From Botryllus schlosseri (taxonomy: Eukaryota), in the NCBI GenBank assembly GCA_051294905.1, contig CM119377.1:5146001-5210000 (forward strand): a stretch of DNA of 64,000 bases. Reading direction: 5' to 3'. The notes under the pieces were generated by a model. That model saw nothing but the letters and a program-made list of their open reading frames with translations. It searched no databases and was not told the origin of the DNA. Shown here one piece after another: positions 23,120 through 38,100 of this stretch; position 1 is the stretch's first letter, and every line of letters starts with the position of its first letter. The position numbers were made by a program, and so were the translations under genes.

Positions 23120-26100
23120 CTAATCATTCCGTGATACTTCCTCGCCCGCCGACGAGCAATCTCCATCTTCCTCCTCGATGGCCAAAAACTGTTCGGCAAC
23201 GCAGTCTTTGGTCGGCTTCCGATCTCGAGGCTGCGACTCGATGGTCTGCAGAGACGAAGCCAGCCAGGACTCGATCCGAGCCTCCGTGTCGGACACAGGC
23301 AGGGACCTCTCGACCGCAACATCTATCGGTTTCGAGTCTACTTTATTATCGTCGCTGGGCTGGGGCACGAGCGTGCTGACCGTGGAAAACGAGCTGTCGA
23401 ATTTCGGGTCCGCTTGGTCTACGTTGGTGTCCGAGCCGGGACTGTGGTCCGGGGTGGGGTCGATCTCGGTTAGGTCGGATTGGGACGGCACGCATTCGTC
23501 TTCCGGGGATGCCTCGGCGGGCGGCGGGAGGACCGGGGTGAGGTTTTGCTCGTCTGTAACGTCCATGATTTTACGCCAGCTCGCGCCTGAAATTGTGTAC
23601 ATGACCGGGTCAATATGCGAACGGGATAAGAAATGTGCGCAGGCAATTCTCATTGGCAAGTTCTTTTCGACGTTAACCGTAGCCGCCCTTGCAGCCAGAG
23701 TCGGTCAAAGCAATTGGTATAGCCAGTGGTCAGTACTTTTACTTCAAGAAGGTTTATCACCTCCTCTTACTAGAGAGCAGGGTTGTAACCGAGTCACGTG
23801 GCTCCGAGTCACAAGTCAATCGCACTTTTATAGTTTTGACTCGAGTCATTTTCAATTCAACACCGAGTCAAATCCAAGTGTTTTGACTCGAGTCCGAGTC
23901 CAAGTTCACCGTTCAATTTTCAGTTCAATTCGGTTCAACCCACTTTTTTCAACTCTGCTCAAGCGTTATAGAATGGCTCGCATTCATAAAATAGTAATTT
24001 TCCTCACTCTTTACAGTTTCTGGCCCTATTTCCCAAGTATCAGGACTGGTAACTTTACTATTCTTCGAAGTTACAATGAAATGTCTGTCTTGGCCGTCCC
24101 ATTTTCGAGTCGTATGACTTGGCTCGAGGCATGCACAATGACTTGAGTCAAGTCGAGTCACCAAAAAATAGTGACTCGATTCATTACAACCCTGCTCGAA
24201 ACTGAACTGAACAGTCATCACTATGACTCGGACTCGACCCTCTGCTCGACGACTTGGACTTGACTCGGTGGTGAATTGAAAATGACTCAAGTCAAAACTA
24301 TAAAAGTGAGATTGTCTTGTGATTCGGAACCTTGTGACTTGGTTACAGCCCTGTCGCCAGGGGCGTAGCCAGCCGAGAAAAAAAGGGGCAAAATTGAATA
24401 AAGGGTGCAGAATAAACCTCTCCGAGTCATATCTTTTGCGACTTCTGTATTCTGTACGCTATGAGGATTGTCTACCTGCCGCTTTAGATAGCGTAACTAA
24501 TTGTTGGCGAATCTAATTACTAGGGCAAGTTTTTGCAACTTTTGCAACCTTTTTTTACAGCTTCCGACAGCTTCCTAGATACTCAGAATCTATGTACTAT
24601 GATGTTTTAAGCTGTTTGGAGGGATTTTATAGTGCAACTTTTTCTCTTTTTCATGCTAATTTTTACTGCAATTTTTATCAAAAATTGCGTTAAAATGTTA
24701 AGGAGTCGTTCAAAAACCTGCTATAAACTATTTCTAGTATGGTTCTATTCTCTTTGATTTGCATAACAAAGAGCTCTATGATGGGTTAGCTGCCTCTCAC
24801 TGTTATCTATGACACAATGGCTTACAAGCAAGAAGTTCAACTACCCTTGCCAAGCACGACTGTGCTCGAACGATATGTAAATAGTTCGCTTTATAAATTC
24901 TGTCGTTCAAATTCGAAAGAGTTTCCCATTTCACGAGCGCCCAGGCGAGACGGCCCAAAATTCAATTTTCACCAAGTCACCTTATTCAGGCTATTGCTTT
25001 TGTTAAAGTCACCGAGACTGAGTTTTTATTCAATGCCTTGGGTGAAGTTTGCAGACCAAGGGGGTTCGGGGTGTGTTGTTTGACTTGTTATAGGGGGAGG
25101 GGGTTATAGCTATGCTGTTTGGCTCTTTGGGGGAAGTTATTCCCGCATTGCGTAATTTTCTTGCTACGTGCCGGAAAAATGTAATTTTGGGCGGTTTCGC
25201 CAGACCGTGCACAAATTTGGCAGCTCTGCAGGAACTAGGTTATACAGCGGAACATTCTGAGTATCTCATACCCTAATAATTCAACAAAAATTATAAATGT
25301 AACTTTTTACTGCAACTTATGTTAAAATTTCTCGCGATTTTAGTGCAACAAAAACTTGCCCTACTAATTACTGAAAGCGAGTTTACAATCAACAACTTGC
25401 ACAGGGATCATGTTACAAAGCGCGCACGCTCGTCTTGTAACAGTGCAGCAGATCTCATTTGCATTCAAATAAGTAATCGACCTTGAAACAATACAAGAAT
25501 ATTTCACGGCTAACAATTACAATCTATACAGCACGGAATCTGTTATATCGGAATCTGTTATATCGTGATGAATTTTGACATGATTCAGTTTGAGTGTAAG
25601 AGTAACGTCTGCTGGGCGTATTAATTCTAATAATTTCGAACATAGCGCATATGCTAATTGTACCGGCATTATAATGACTTATTCCCAAAGTGAGGGAATC
25701 GCGAACAAGTTTCAGTGCGGCTATTCATGGCTGAATGCCCCCCAGTGGGATTCCCATCAATGGTAAATTATAAAGATTGAGGTCGTAAAGAGAGTGCACA
25801 TCAACGGCGTCAAGAAATAACATGCTAATCGAAGGTAATGTTTCTTCAGGTTTGCAGGCCGCTTCTTTATTCTTCGAGTTAGGCAAAGCACCGTAGCGAA
25901 TGACATCAAGTCAGGGGCTTTATCCGATCATTAAGAGGAGCGTTGGACAGAGATCTATTACATCATTTTCAAGTCCTCATCGAAGGACATCTGCCTGGCT
26001 TTGACATCGGGACATCGAAATATCCAAGTCGGATGTTTTGTGGGATTTCGTCAACCAATCTTTTCGCAGATTAAGGATTGAGATGTGATTGCTTTGAAAT

Positions 26101-29100
26101 ATACTTTCCTTCAGTTGTTACTTTCATGTTCTATATTATCGTTTCCAATAAACTGTTGATTATAAAACCAACTCGCGAGCGCGCGACAAATGTAATTATT
26201 GTGGAGCTTGTGCGACGTGTGTTCAGAAATCAGAATAAGGGGATAAGCTGATTGATTACTCTCGCCGAGAGAACAATGTGACAATGCCCTTTTCACGCTT
26301 CCATATACGAGAGATCATACGAGAAAAAAGCATCATCGAATACCACAGTACTCGCATAGTTTGATCGACGTCCCGCGCAGCAAATTGAAATTTGGCGATA
26401 TCGGGCTCGATTGGGGATTTTATAAGGGGTTAGAATCGACTTTGGAAAGGGGTAGAATGTTCTGCAATTCTGCCCCCCGGCTACGCCCCTGTCGCATTTA
26501 CATTTGGTCTTGGACGAGATTCATAAATCCGGAACAGGATTTTGACACATTGCATCTCGGAACGGGAAGGTAACTTAAATTCTACTCACCATCAGAAGGC
26601 ATCTCGGATATCGGCTCGGAGATGACGCTACAGAACGAGATGCCGCTCGCGGCAGACGGGTTTCGGGAGTGTCCCATGTGAGCGAACCTTTTTGTCGGGG
26701 CAGGGGGCGCCTAAAAATACAATGGAGCGCCATTGGAAACTACAGAATTTCAACGTTGCCAAAACAAGAGAAACGCACCGTTGGCGGCGTCGAGACGGCT
26801 TCCGTGATTTCCTCTTTATAGAGTGCCATCATATCGTCGTATTTTTGCTTGGCCTCGTTAACAAGGCCGAGCATCTTTTTGAAGCTTTCCTGCGTGCAAA
26901 ATATTGTACCGAACGACTGTCCAAAATACGTAACTCATAAACTGGACAAAAGAATATTTTCAAGACATAAAACTGGCAACTAGGCAATGTGATTCGGTAG
27001 CGTAATGGTGGTCTTGACCGGTAGGTCGCCGGGTAAGACCAAAGACATGATTACTAAAACTGGTATCCATGGCTTCCCAGTTTGATATCAACATTACCAG
27101 GATAGCATGGAGAGGAGGTGCAAGACTTAGAGAGCCTTACAAGGCTATATATGTACCTCCCATGTCCAGAGGCATAAGCACATCACGCACTCATGGTATG
27201 CATATGCACAGATCGTGTGCGCGTATATCATGAGTCCGTGTATAGGCCACAAAAACATCAAGGACTATAAAATATATATACTACTATGCATTACTCAATC
27301 CGAATCCAGCATTGATTCTTTCTTCCCGTTGTGGGCGAGGAAAACCTCGATCGGTAAAACCAAAACCAAAGAAAACTTGTAGCACAAAGATATACAATAT
27401 ATATGTTTGTGGAGGCGACATTTCTGAAAAATGGCGATCGTACCTCCGCCCCACTGTAGTCGAATATTCCGATGATGCTGACGGGCACCAGTTTCGAGAC
27501 GGCGCGGCCCATCGCCCTCCTGCCCAGGGCAAACACGTATGGCACGCTTTGATTTTTGCATAGCTGGATGATCTGTTGCAGAGCGTCGTCCAGTCCACCT
27601 GTTAACAAAATACAAAGAAAAACTCGTACCGCAAGGTTTTTGGAAATTGGCGCATCCGCCCGAATCTTAAAATGCCGGCCGTTACGGAATACCACTACCG
27701 GTACTTTTTACGATAAGTTCCCTAGTACTACAAGACTAGGGTGGTCAGTAACAAAATACAATATTTTCGGGCAAAACTAGGCTTAGAATACTTGCTGTTT
27801 AACATACTTTGGAAATCACTGCTTCTACTGAGTACCATTGACGACTACTTTCACCACCTTCGACTCTAGAGCTACAATAGATTTTTTCTTACTCAAAGTT
27901 TCTTACAAAACAGGGAAACAGGCCAAAACTGTGCGTTATTCGGATCCGATTTCTCACATTTTTCTTCCTACAATCACTCATTCATTGCTGTGAGCCAGGG
28001 CAGTTACAGAGAACTTGTGCAAATTTCACTGGCATGGTGATAAATTGTTAGGTTCCGCCGAAATGACTCGAGTCACGATTTTCTGACGACTCGGCTTGAC
28101 CCGAGTCATTTTCTCAAAATAGGGAAAGGACTCGACTCGACACAACTGTGTATTGACTCGACTTGGACTCAAGTCATTGCGCATGACTCGAACCAAGTCA
28201 TATGACTCGAGACTCAGGTGGCCAAGACCGACATTTCATTGTAATTTCGAAGAATAGTAAAGTAACCACACTATTGCGATTTCGTCTACTGGTACTGTTA
28301 CTTGAAAATGCGACCAGAAACAGCTAAAAGGGAGGTAAATAAGTATATTATCATTGCGAACCATTCGATATCATCAAACAGAGTTATAAAAAGTGGGTTT
28401 AACAAGGCTTTAACTAGAAACTGAGCAGTCAACACAATGACTTGGACTCGAGTCATAATACCATCACTCGGACTTGATCCTCTGCTTGATGACTTGGATT
28501 CGGACTTGACTCGGTTGTGAATTGAAAATGACTCGACTTGACTCGAGTCAAAACTATAAAAGTGAGATTGACTAGTGACTTCGTTACAACCCTGCGAAAT
28601 ACTGCACACAAAATTTGACTAATTCCAACCAGTAGCAGCGTACTACTTCCAGTTGTCAAGGTCAACCGTTATATAAAATGATAGTATTTAATAGAGCCCG
28701 ACCGATTATCGGCTCGCCGATAATATCGAGTCGATATCACACTTGGAAAGAAATATCGGTATCGGCCATTGGAGGTAAAAAATATCAGCCATTTTCGTGA
28801 CGTCACAACAAGGTGGTAGGGAGTCAGAGAAGACGTGTGGTCTTCACTGCATGGCGGTAAATTATAAAAAATAAATGGCCAAGCTGCATAGTGCATGAAG
28901 GCCAGGGGGCCTATATGAGAAATATACTTTCACCGTTATGCCCCAGTGACTTCGTGGGAATCCCCCTGAAGTGATCGAATACCAAAGACAGAAAGCAGCT
29001 GGATGGATAGTTGTCTGCAGAATATTTCCATCGATTAGAGAAATGAGAACTTCATTCATGCTGGACTGACCCTCGTGATGATGGAGAAAAGCGTCGCATC

Positions 29101-32100
29101 GAAACAATTTTCTGTAGATAGTGCTGGTGGTGTCTGTGTAAGAAGCTCACAAGCCAAGGCAACAAAGTAAAAAATACCAGTAATATATGAAGTCATCTGA
29201 CTGAGGCCTGAGCGGCCACCATGATGGGGAATATGTGAGACTAGCGTGCAAGAAAATCAAGCAAAAGTGGAGCAGAGCCAACAATTCATACTAAAATCTT
29301 TGATTCCATGATGACATGGGCCAATGCTGATAAAAGAGCGTCAAATATTGATCAATTGATTGCTGCAATGCTGGTCATGGTCAAGGCCCAAGGGGATGGG
29401 TGAAGCGGTAGCAGACGTGAACAATGTGAGTTGTTCTGCACATTCTCTTCAGCTATTTGTTAATGATGTGCTGAAGGCTCCAGGTGCACTGCCAGAAGAA
29501 TATCAATATTTGGTGAAACCATTGAAGGAAAGATCCCCTGCAGCGGAGTGGTGGAACCGAAATAAAGAAAGATTTCCAATTCTTGCTCTGCCACTAACTA
29601 TGGTACCAAGTGTGTTTAGTACTATATACATCATTCCTGAAGACCACAGAAGTTCACTCCTTGGAGAAAAGGACGAGAAATTATGCTTTGCGAACTGTAA
29701 TCTGCAACTGCTAGACTGGTGCTATTGATATATTTATTATAGATCATTCATTTCATGTTCAAGCATGGCAATGGCTGTAAATCTGTTTAAAGAAATACTC
29801 TTGAGGTGTTAAATATGCGCCTTGAGCTAGATTCCATATCTTTTGAATATCGGATGAATATATCGGGGTTATCGGTTAAGGTGCTGGATATCGGTTTTAT
29901 CGGAATCGGCTCAAAAATCCAATATCGGTCGGGCTCTAGTATTTACAGTGTTCAATTAATTCCATGCACGCCCATTTTTCACGCAAACCAACAATTTAAT
30001 CTGTGAGAGCCTGAAATGTGGAAAAAAGTATTATTGCTAAACAGCCTACTGCACACCATTCAGGAAATCGCACACTGAGTGCAAACTGCTCAAGGGTACC
30101 AAACACAATTGCCCACAAAAACCTTAATCGCGCCAAAACCGTCATCCTTCCCAGAAATTTTGGCATACCTTTCGCTTGTATCTTTTCCAGGTTGGGCGAT
30201 ATGAGAACGCACCGTAACTTGTTGAGTTTCAGGTGTTTTGTGACCTCGCGGATACCCAACACGAAGCGTCGCTTTCTTTTGGCGTTCACGGGATCCTTTT
30301 GGTACACCCTGAAGTTCAGAACAGGATTTGAAAATCGCGTACCGTACCACACGCTGATACGTATTGGAAAAAAATGGCAAGTAGCAAGTCTGTGGGTTGA
30401 ACCTGCCATTTCGAAATTCAAGTTTCCAGACCCGTTCAATTCATGGGCAATCCATGAAAACGACGCCGCGGCTGTTCAAATATCACAAACCTTTCTTGAA
30501 ACAGAACGAGTCTCTGCAACATGAAAATACATTCCTCGTCGATTTCCTTCTCCAGCACTTGTCCCGAGCAATACCTGCGTAATTGAAATGGTGACATGAA
30601 AAACGCACGATTATAATCGAAATACAGACGCGGACTGGTTTCAAGGTCTTCACGAATGGCCATTGTTGAAACTACACCTATAAAACTACATTATCCTTAT
30701 TAGATCTATACCTTTTTTTAGCAATGTATTGGTATTGGTGAATAAAGTACACGGGTGATCCCGAACTCGCTAATTGTTAGCACATTTAGACTGGCTGAAT
30801 GCAAAAATCGAGCTAACACTGGCTTACATATATAACACGAGTAAGTTCGTTCACATAAGGAAATTTCTCTGACCCGTGTAGGCCTATTATCTAGGGTTAC
30901 CACATTTTGTAATTGGGAATGGAGGACACTCTTTCAAATTTTTTTGACTTGACTGACGAAGGACATTTTCAAAAACCTGAAACGTAGCGCAATACCCACC
31001 CCCAAATATTACGGGTCTGCGTTAGAAGCCAAGAACCGCATATTCAGGGGGTCGGGATAAAAAATGTGATGTTAATTAGTTCCATATTGAGACGTAAAAA
31101 GCAAAAGGAAAACACCCGCGACGGTGCCTCCCTTATGATCCGCAAATAATGATAATGCTGACACAATCACTTACAGAGCTACAAATATAGAAATATTTCA
31201 TCGGCACACCAGGGCGCTGTACGCTAGGAGTTAAATGACAGCTAAGCATTGTACACTTTCGCATGCGACACAGTTCAACATATGTTGCAACCCCAAAACG
31301 AACGCCAATCCAGGATTGTAGGCCCAGGTTCCGAATCACAAGCCAATCTTACTTTTATAGTTTTGACTCGAGTCGAACTGAGTCATTGTCAATTCACCGC
31401 CGAGTCAAGTCCAAGTCATTAAGTGCACTGTACCATACTGTTTTGAGTCCAGGTTATGTTCAATTCAATCACGTTCAAAACAAAAATTTGAAACGACGTA
31501 CTCTCTGTACCGCCGGCTGTGTATCTTCGGCAAATTTGCTTGCGCTATCGGAATCGTTCCCGCCGCAGCTGACGTAGTGATCGGCGATGCGTTACCGGAT
31601 CGAGTAGCCTCTGACGCGGACAATCCTTCCGATGCCGCTAAAAACGAGGGTAACAAAGTCAGAAACTGTTTCATTGCAAAACGGACGGGCAAACAACAAA
31701 AGTGAATTCGGCACTTGGTGAAACATAGTCCTAACTTGGGCTGGGCAAAACCGAGTACTCGAGAATCTTCGAGTACCTTTTATTCGACGTCAAAGAACAC
31801 AACGCCAGTTCTAAATCGCATTACAGATTATTTGGTATTTTTTCGGCCATACCTATTTCATGCCACTTAGTGACAATGCACAGCTGGGTTGTAACCAAGT
31901 CACGTGGCTCCGAGTCTCAAGTCAATCTCACTTATAGTTTTGACTCGAGTCAAGTCGAGTCATTTTCAATTCACCATTGAGTCCAGTCCGAGAACAAGTC
32001 AGCGAAGAGAGGGTCGAGTCCGAGTCACGGTATTATGACTCGAGTCATTGTGTTGACTGCTCAGTTTCCAGTTACAGTCTTGTTAAATCCACTTTTTACA

Positions 32101-35100
32101 ACTCTGTTTGGTGATGTCGAATGGTTCGCATTTATAATATGCTAATTTTCCTCACTTTTAGTAGTTTATGGTCGCATTTTCAAGTACCAGTACCAATAGA
32201 CGAAATCCCAATAGTGGTTACTTTACTAGTCTTTGAAATTACAATGCATTGTTGGTCTTGGCCGTCTGAGTCTCGAGTCATTTGACTTGGTTTGAGTCAT
32301 GTGCAATGACTCGAGTTCCAAGTCGAGTCACTACGCAGATTGACTCGAGTCGAGTCATTTCAAGATTTTGAGAAAATGACTCGAGTCAAGTCGAATCATC
32401 AGAAAATCGCGACTCGAGTCAAGTCATGACTCGAGTCATTACAACCCCGATAGACAGTGCGCAGATCACCACACCACACACAGACATGTCATTTCCACTA
32501 ATGTGCAATATGGATAGCGTCGTGCGACAGGTTTAGTATACTGCAATACGTTATAAACCCCCAATTGGCCGTCTCGGGCGAAATGAGAAAAGAAAATCAC
32601 TTACATTTTTCGTCGTCATCGAGCGCGAGTTCCTTGGTCAAAAACTCGGTCGCGACGGGCGGTATGTCGTACTCTGGCAGATCGTCGGTGGTCAACGTGG
32701 CAATGCGGGCCGTCTTTTTTTCCTCCCGCTCTTTCAAAATGACCTGCGTATCGGAACACATCCTGATGACGTCCGCAAAGTAAGAACACAACTGGTATCA
32801 ATTGAATTAATGAACACAATGACTTGAGCTAGTACTCGAGTCTCAACACTATGACTCGGACTCGGTGATGAATTAAAAATGACTCGGCTTGACTCGAGTC
32901 AAAACTATAAAAGTGAGATAGACTCGCGGCTCGGAAGCTTGCGACTTGCTTACAACCCTGCAACGCACTTTACCTTTTTAAGTGCACTGGGTTTCTTGAC
33001 TTTCGGGACCTCCCGTTCTTTGCCGCGCCTTTTCAACGGCGCCGTTGAATCCAACGGATTGTGCTGCACGAAACACTGTAACGATCTGGAACCGGATCAA
33101 GAATGAATGAACTGCGTTCACCGACAACCGATCAGTGGAATCATGCTTTAAAATTGGGAACAAAAAAATAGCCAGCACTGGTGACAATCAATCGATAGCC
33201 TACTACGAATTCTATCTGCTCAAGACACACAGTGTACCACGCAACACACATGCCACGTAATGAGCAGATAGGAGGTTGTCGTAACGACCGAGTACCGTCT
33301 ACTTTCCGAAACTGAAAATCAAAAAAATTTGGAATAACGCCGAAAAAAAATAACATCAAGACAGGGTTGTAATGACTCGAGTCATGACTCGTCTCGAGTC
33401 ACGATTTCCTGATGACTCGACTTGACTCGAGTCATTCTCTCAAAATACGGAGATGACTCGACTCGAGTCAATCTGTGTCTTGACTCGAGTGCGCATCACT
33501 CGAACCGAGTCATATGACTTGAGACTCAGACAGCCAAGACCGACATTTCATCGTCATTTCGAATAATAGTAAGGTAACCACGCTATTGGGATTTCGTCTA
33601 GTGGCACTGGTACTTGAAAATGCGACCAGAAACTGCGAAAAGTGAGAAAAATTTGTGTATTACAAGGGCGAACCATTCGATATCACCAAGCAGAGTAATG
33701 AAAAGTGGGTTTAACAAGAATTTACTTGGAAACTGAGCAGTAAACACAATGACTTGGACTCGGACTCGAGTCATAATACCACGACTCGGACTTGACCCTC
33801 TGCTCGATGACTTGGACTTGACTCGGCGGTGAATTGAAAATGACTCTACTTGACTCGAGTCAAAACTATAAAAGTGAGATTGACTTGTGACTCGAAGCGT
33901 CGTCACTTGGTTACAACCCTCGCATGGCCTCACATTTCTAACGCTTATAAATTTTGAGAACACAAACCTCTGCGCGGGGGCGCTCTGCTTGAGATGCGTC
34001 TTTTTCGTGGACGGAATGTCGTTCTCGGACTGGCTTTGTGTCTTTTCGAGCATGCTCAACATTTCTCCGAGATTCAACTGAGACGATTTTGCTTTGTCCT
34101 TGCCTTTTTTGTTGCTCAATTTTTTCTGACAAAAAACGTTCAAAGAAGATTCTGAAGCGGGGTTTCGGATTAATCGCCGCCATGCGTAGCGCGAAGCTAT
34201 GTATGTTGGTGGAAATGACACAGTATCTGTGAAGTCCTGTTCGACCTATAGCAGGGCTTCTCAAAGTAGGGTTGCGAATGGTCTAAATTTGGGTCGCGAC
34301 CGCATGTTTGGTTGGCCAAAATCTTCAATACGGAAATTACATGTCCGGTCAGCCAAATAGTCCCGTCCTAGTAATCCGAGCCCCGCAGAACAAATGCGGC
34401 CCACAAGGAAAATAATGCGCCTAAATTTGAAATCGTGCGCGTCTCACACGTTTCATAAGCTGCGTTGCGTAGAATCGGTACCTGCACTAAACTATTTCAT
34501 ACACACCGTAAAAACGTGGTAAAATAACATTAAAAATGCGTCGTTTCGGAAGTGTGAAGCTTGGGCCGCGAAATGCCGAAAAAGCTCAGGGTCATGGTGT
34601 AGAAACTTCAAGAACCTCCGACCGACAGGATTGTCAGTCTGCTATGAAATAGGGATGTTCGTAAGACATCAAATCATCTATACTTTGAGATAGAACTGGC
34701 GTCGTTATACTTTCTACGGTATTATAAAAGATACATATTTGAACTTATGACCTCATGATGATATTAGAATACTCGATTCAGAATGGAATCACTCGGGTAC
34801 TCGATAGCAGACGCACCAGTACCTTGAGATTCTCTTGCTCCTCCGTTATCTCCGCGTACTCTTCTGCCGCGGCTTTCGCGGCCCGCTCCGTCTTCTTGCG
34901 TCTACGCCTCGACCCCCTGTTTGGTCCCGAGTCGTCGCCATCTATCAAATTCTTGACAGGACTGTCTTCAGACAGGGCGCGATCCGTCTGTCGTAAACAA
35001 AATCGGAAACTGTGAAACGGTAGTGAAGGCCAGGGTTGTAATGGCTAGAGTCCTGACTCGACTCGAGTCGCTATTTTCAGGTGGCTTGACTTGACTCGAG

Positions 35101-38100
35101 TCATTTTCTTAAAAATGAAGAATGACTCGACTCGAGTCAATTTGTGTATTGACTCGACTTGTACTCGAGTCATTGCGCATGACTCGGACCAATTCATATG
35201 ACATGAGACTGGGTATACCAAAACAGGCATTTCATTGTAATTTCGAAGAATAGTTAAGTTACCGAACTATTATTTTTTCCTCTAACAGTACTGGTACTTG
35301 AAAATACTACCAGAGAAACTGTTAAGTGAGGAAGCTTGGTGTATTATTCATGCGCGTACGATATCACCAACCAGAGTTGTAAAAAGTGGGTTGCACATGA
35401 CATTAACACAGAACTAAACAGTCAACATAATGACTTGGACTTCGACTCGAGTCAAAATACTATGACTCGGACTCGACGCTCTATTCTGTGACTTGGACTC
35501 GTACTTGACTCGGTGGTGAATAAAGAATGACTCGATGTGACTCGAGTCAAAACTATAAAAGTGAGATTGACTTGCGACTCGGAACCTCGCGACTTGGTTA
35601 CAACCCTGCTTCGCTGTCGACCGATTTCAATTTTAAAGAATAACGTATTTGAAGATTTTTGTTCTGATTTGGATCCAAGTTGGATTTGGACTAAGAAATT
35701 CAAATTATATATTACTTTCATGATAGTTTTGAGAAAAATTTCAGTCGTCACAGGTTATGAACGGATTCGAACGTAATGCGAGATAAATTCTGTATTTAAA
35801 CTGGCGCAAATTAAATCTCAAATCCAGTTTTTTCGGCCCAACGAGGAACGTATTGAAACGATGTACAATTTTCACGAAACTTTTGACCTAAATTTCGGTA
35901 ATTACCGGTTATGGACTCGTATTCTGACACGCCACAAAATAGATTCAAAATTTGAGTCAGGACTGTGATCAGATCTCAAAGATGTAAGATGCGCGCTTTC
36001 TCGGCGCATGATATCCTTACCGGCCTAGGTTTGCTTTGCAGGGCCGCGCTGTAAGAGAAAACAGGACCATTGTAGTCTCCTTGTCCGGCCGCGACAGAGG
36101 CAGATCGCAAATCGGGAAAATCGTCGTCCTGGCAATTATGAAATAGAAAACTTCAGACATGTACTGTACAGCACGATTTGACTATGTCAGGATCCCCAGT
36201 ACCGCGGCAATTAAAGCCAGAAAACGCGACGGACTAAATACTCCGCGTAAATTATTCAAGCCTCTGGTCTAAACCTTTATAGCTTAGGCTTAGGGTACAG
36301 TAAAATGTACAAATTTTGCAGACCGTCGCACGTTCGAAAATCAAAATCAACTCAAAACACAACGAAAGTGCATAACACCGAAGCGAATATTGAAAACTCA
36401 AACTGAAGGGAAACTGTACAATCCATGTAGCATTGTGACGTAAGACAAGTCAAAAATACAGAATGAACATTATAGTGCGACGCGTTGCAGAAAAACACGT
36501 TCCAAATTTCCGACTCGATTCAAAGTTTGATGTTTCATTTCTCTAGTAACAGAAAAGCAACCGACTCCTTGCATATTACAATTGACATACAAAGTTGTAA
36601 CTTATTTGAATACAGGGGTGTTCAAAAATGACTTTTTTTCTCAAATTGTACTGGCTACTTGATAAAATTATGAGGTGATCTAATTTAGGCCTACACACAA
36701 AATTTGGTTCAATTCCGGCCAGTAGCCGCATTGCTGCATGAGAATAAAGTTTCTATTTATTATATAAAATTAGATTAAGGGGGCACTCCTAGTTAGAAAT
36801 AAAAATTTTGTGAAATTTCTTTTATTATCGATCTAGAACGGAAATTTCACGCTGATTCCGAATATGTAACTACTTTTTTGGTAGTCCAACTCCTTCTTGA
36901 TCAAATCTACCTTACTTTGGTGGGCATAAAAATAAAAAATTACAGTCAAATTTCGAATATAGCCGTGTATATTCACTTTTATTGGAGGAAATAGCGCCAT
37001 CTGGTGATTTCTATACTAAACAGAGCTTGAAATAAGTATTATAGCCACTACTAGCCAGTCTGCTGCTTCCATAAACCTGGCTGCTTGACTAATTCAATAC
37101 CGAAAACAGGTGGTATGAAGGCTGTGTTTTTTATTTATTTTTCTATTCGTTGACTGATCACTGACAATATTAGGTAGTATTTACTGTTTGTGGATAACTA
37201 TGTTGGATTGCTTTTCATTTCTATAACTTTCAATATGCCTAGAAAGAGTCGAATGAGGAAATTTAGCCGTAGCCAAAAACATTTTGTGCATACTTCGCAG
37301 TAGGCAAATACATCCAAATGATCCAGCACTGGGCCGAAAGAAAAAGCAAGCAAAGCAGCTACCAGAGTATTTTTTGCCACACATTCTGCCACTTTGGCTC
37401 TGTAAGAGGTTGTCAGATGAATCTTTATCGAGGAGATATATTAGTGGACTCGCCCATAATAAAAATGAGCCATTGAACATGACCCTATGGCAAAGGATCT
37501 GAAAGAAGGATACTTTGGAACTGCAGCAGTCAAGCGGGCCGTGGCGCTGTGTGTTCTCAACTGGAATGTTGGATGTAGTGGTTTTTTGATGTTTTTGATA
37601 GCCTAAAGCTTATACCAGTTAATACTCCCACAAGAAGTACTGGTTTTAGTGGACAAGAAATGAAAAAAAAATGCATCTTAACAGTCGTTCACTGTCAAAA
37701 GCGAAAAACTGACAGAGTTCGAGAGTCCTTGGGCACATCCGACTAGGTACCTGGCGGGTATTAACGCTCAATTTCTGTTAGAAATGGTTCACTGTGTGAT
37801 GCAAATCAACTAACGTGACCATTGATATCATGATCAGCATCCATATCCTTGTTTATCGGAGTTATTGTGGTTGTAAATTTTTAAACGCGTTTTTCTCAAA
37901 ACTTACTTTTTCTGCCTAGAAATTCTATCTTCTCTGCACCTGCTAATCAGATTCCTCTGAAAATTTGCACGAATGATGGTTTGGGCATATATAATAATCC
38001 GATGGAGCGCTTTCTCAAATTTTTTTCCGTGGAGATTTTTATAGAGGAAAAAATATTGCGAAAAAGCCTAAATTTAGGGTTCGCTGCCAAAAATTTCATA

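Noticed and set aside
23178-24146. 322-aa plus-strand ORF
   Set aside because: Antisense to the last SECISBP2L exon and running into MITE sequence; low complexity, no domain.
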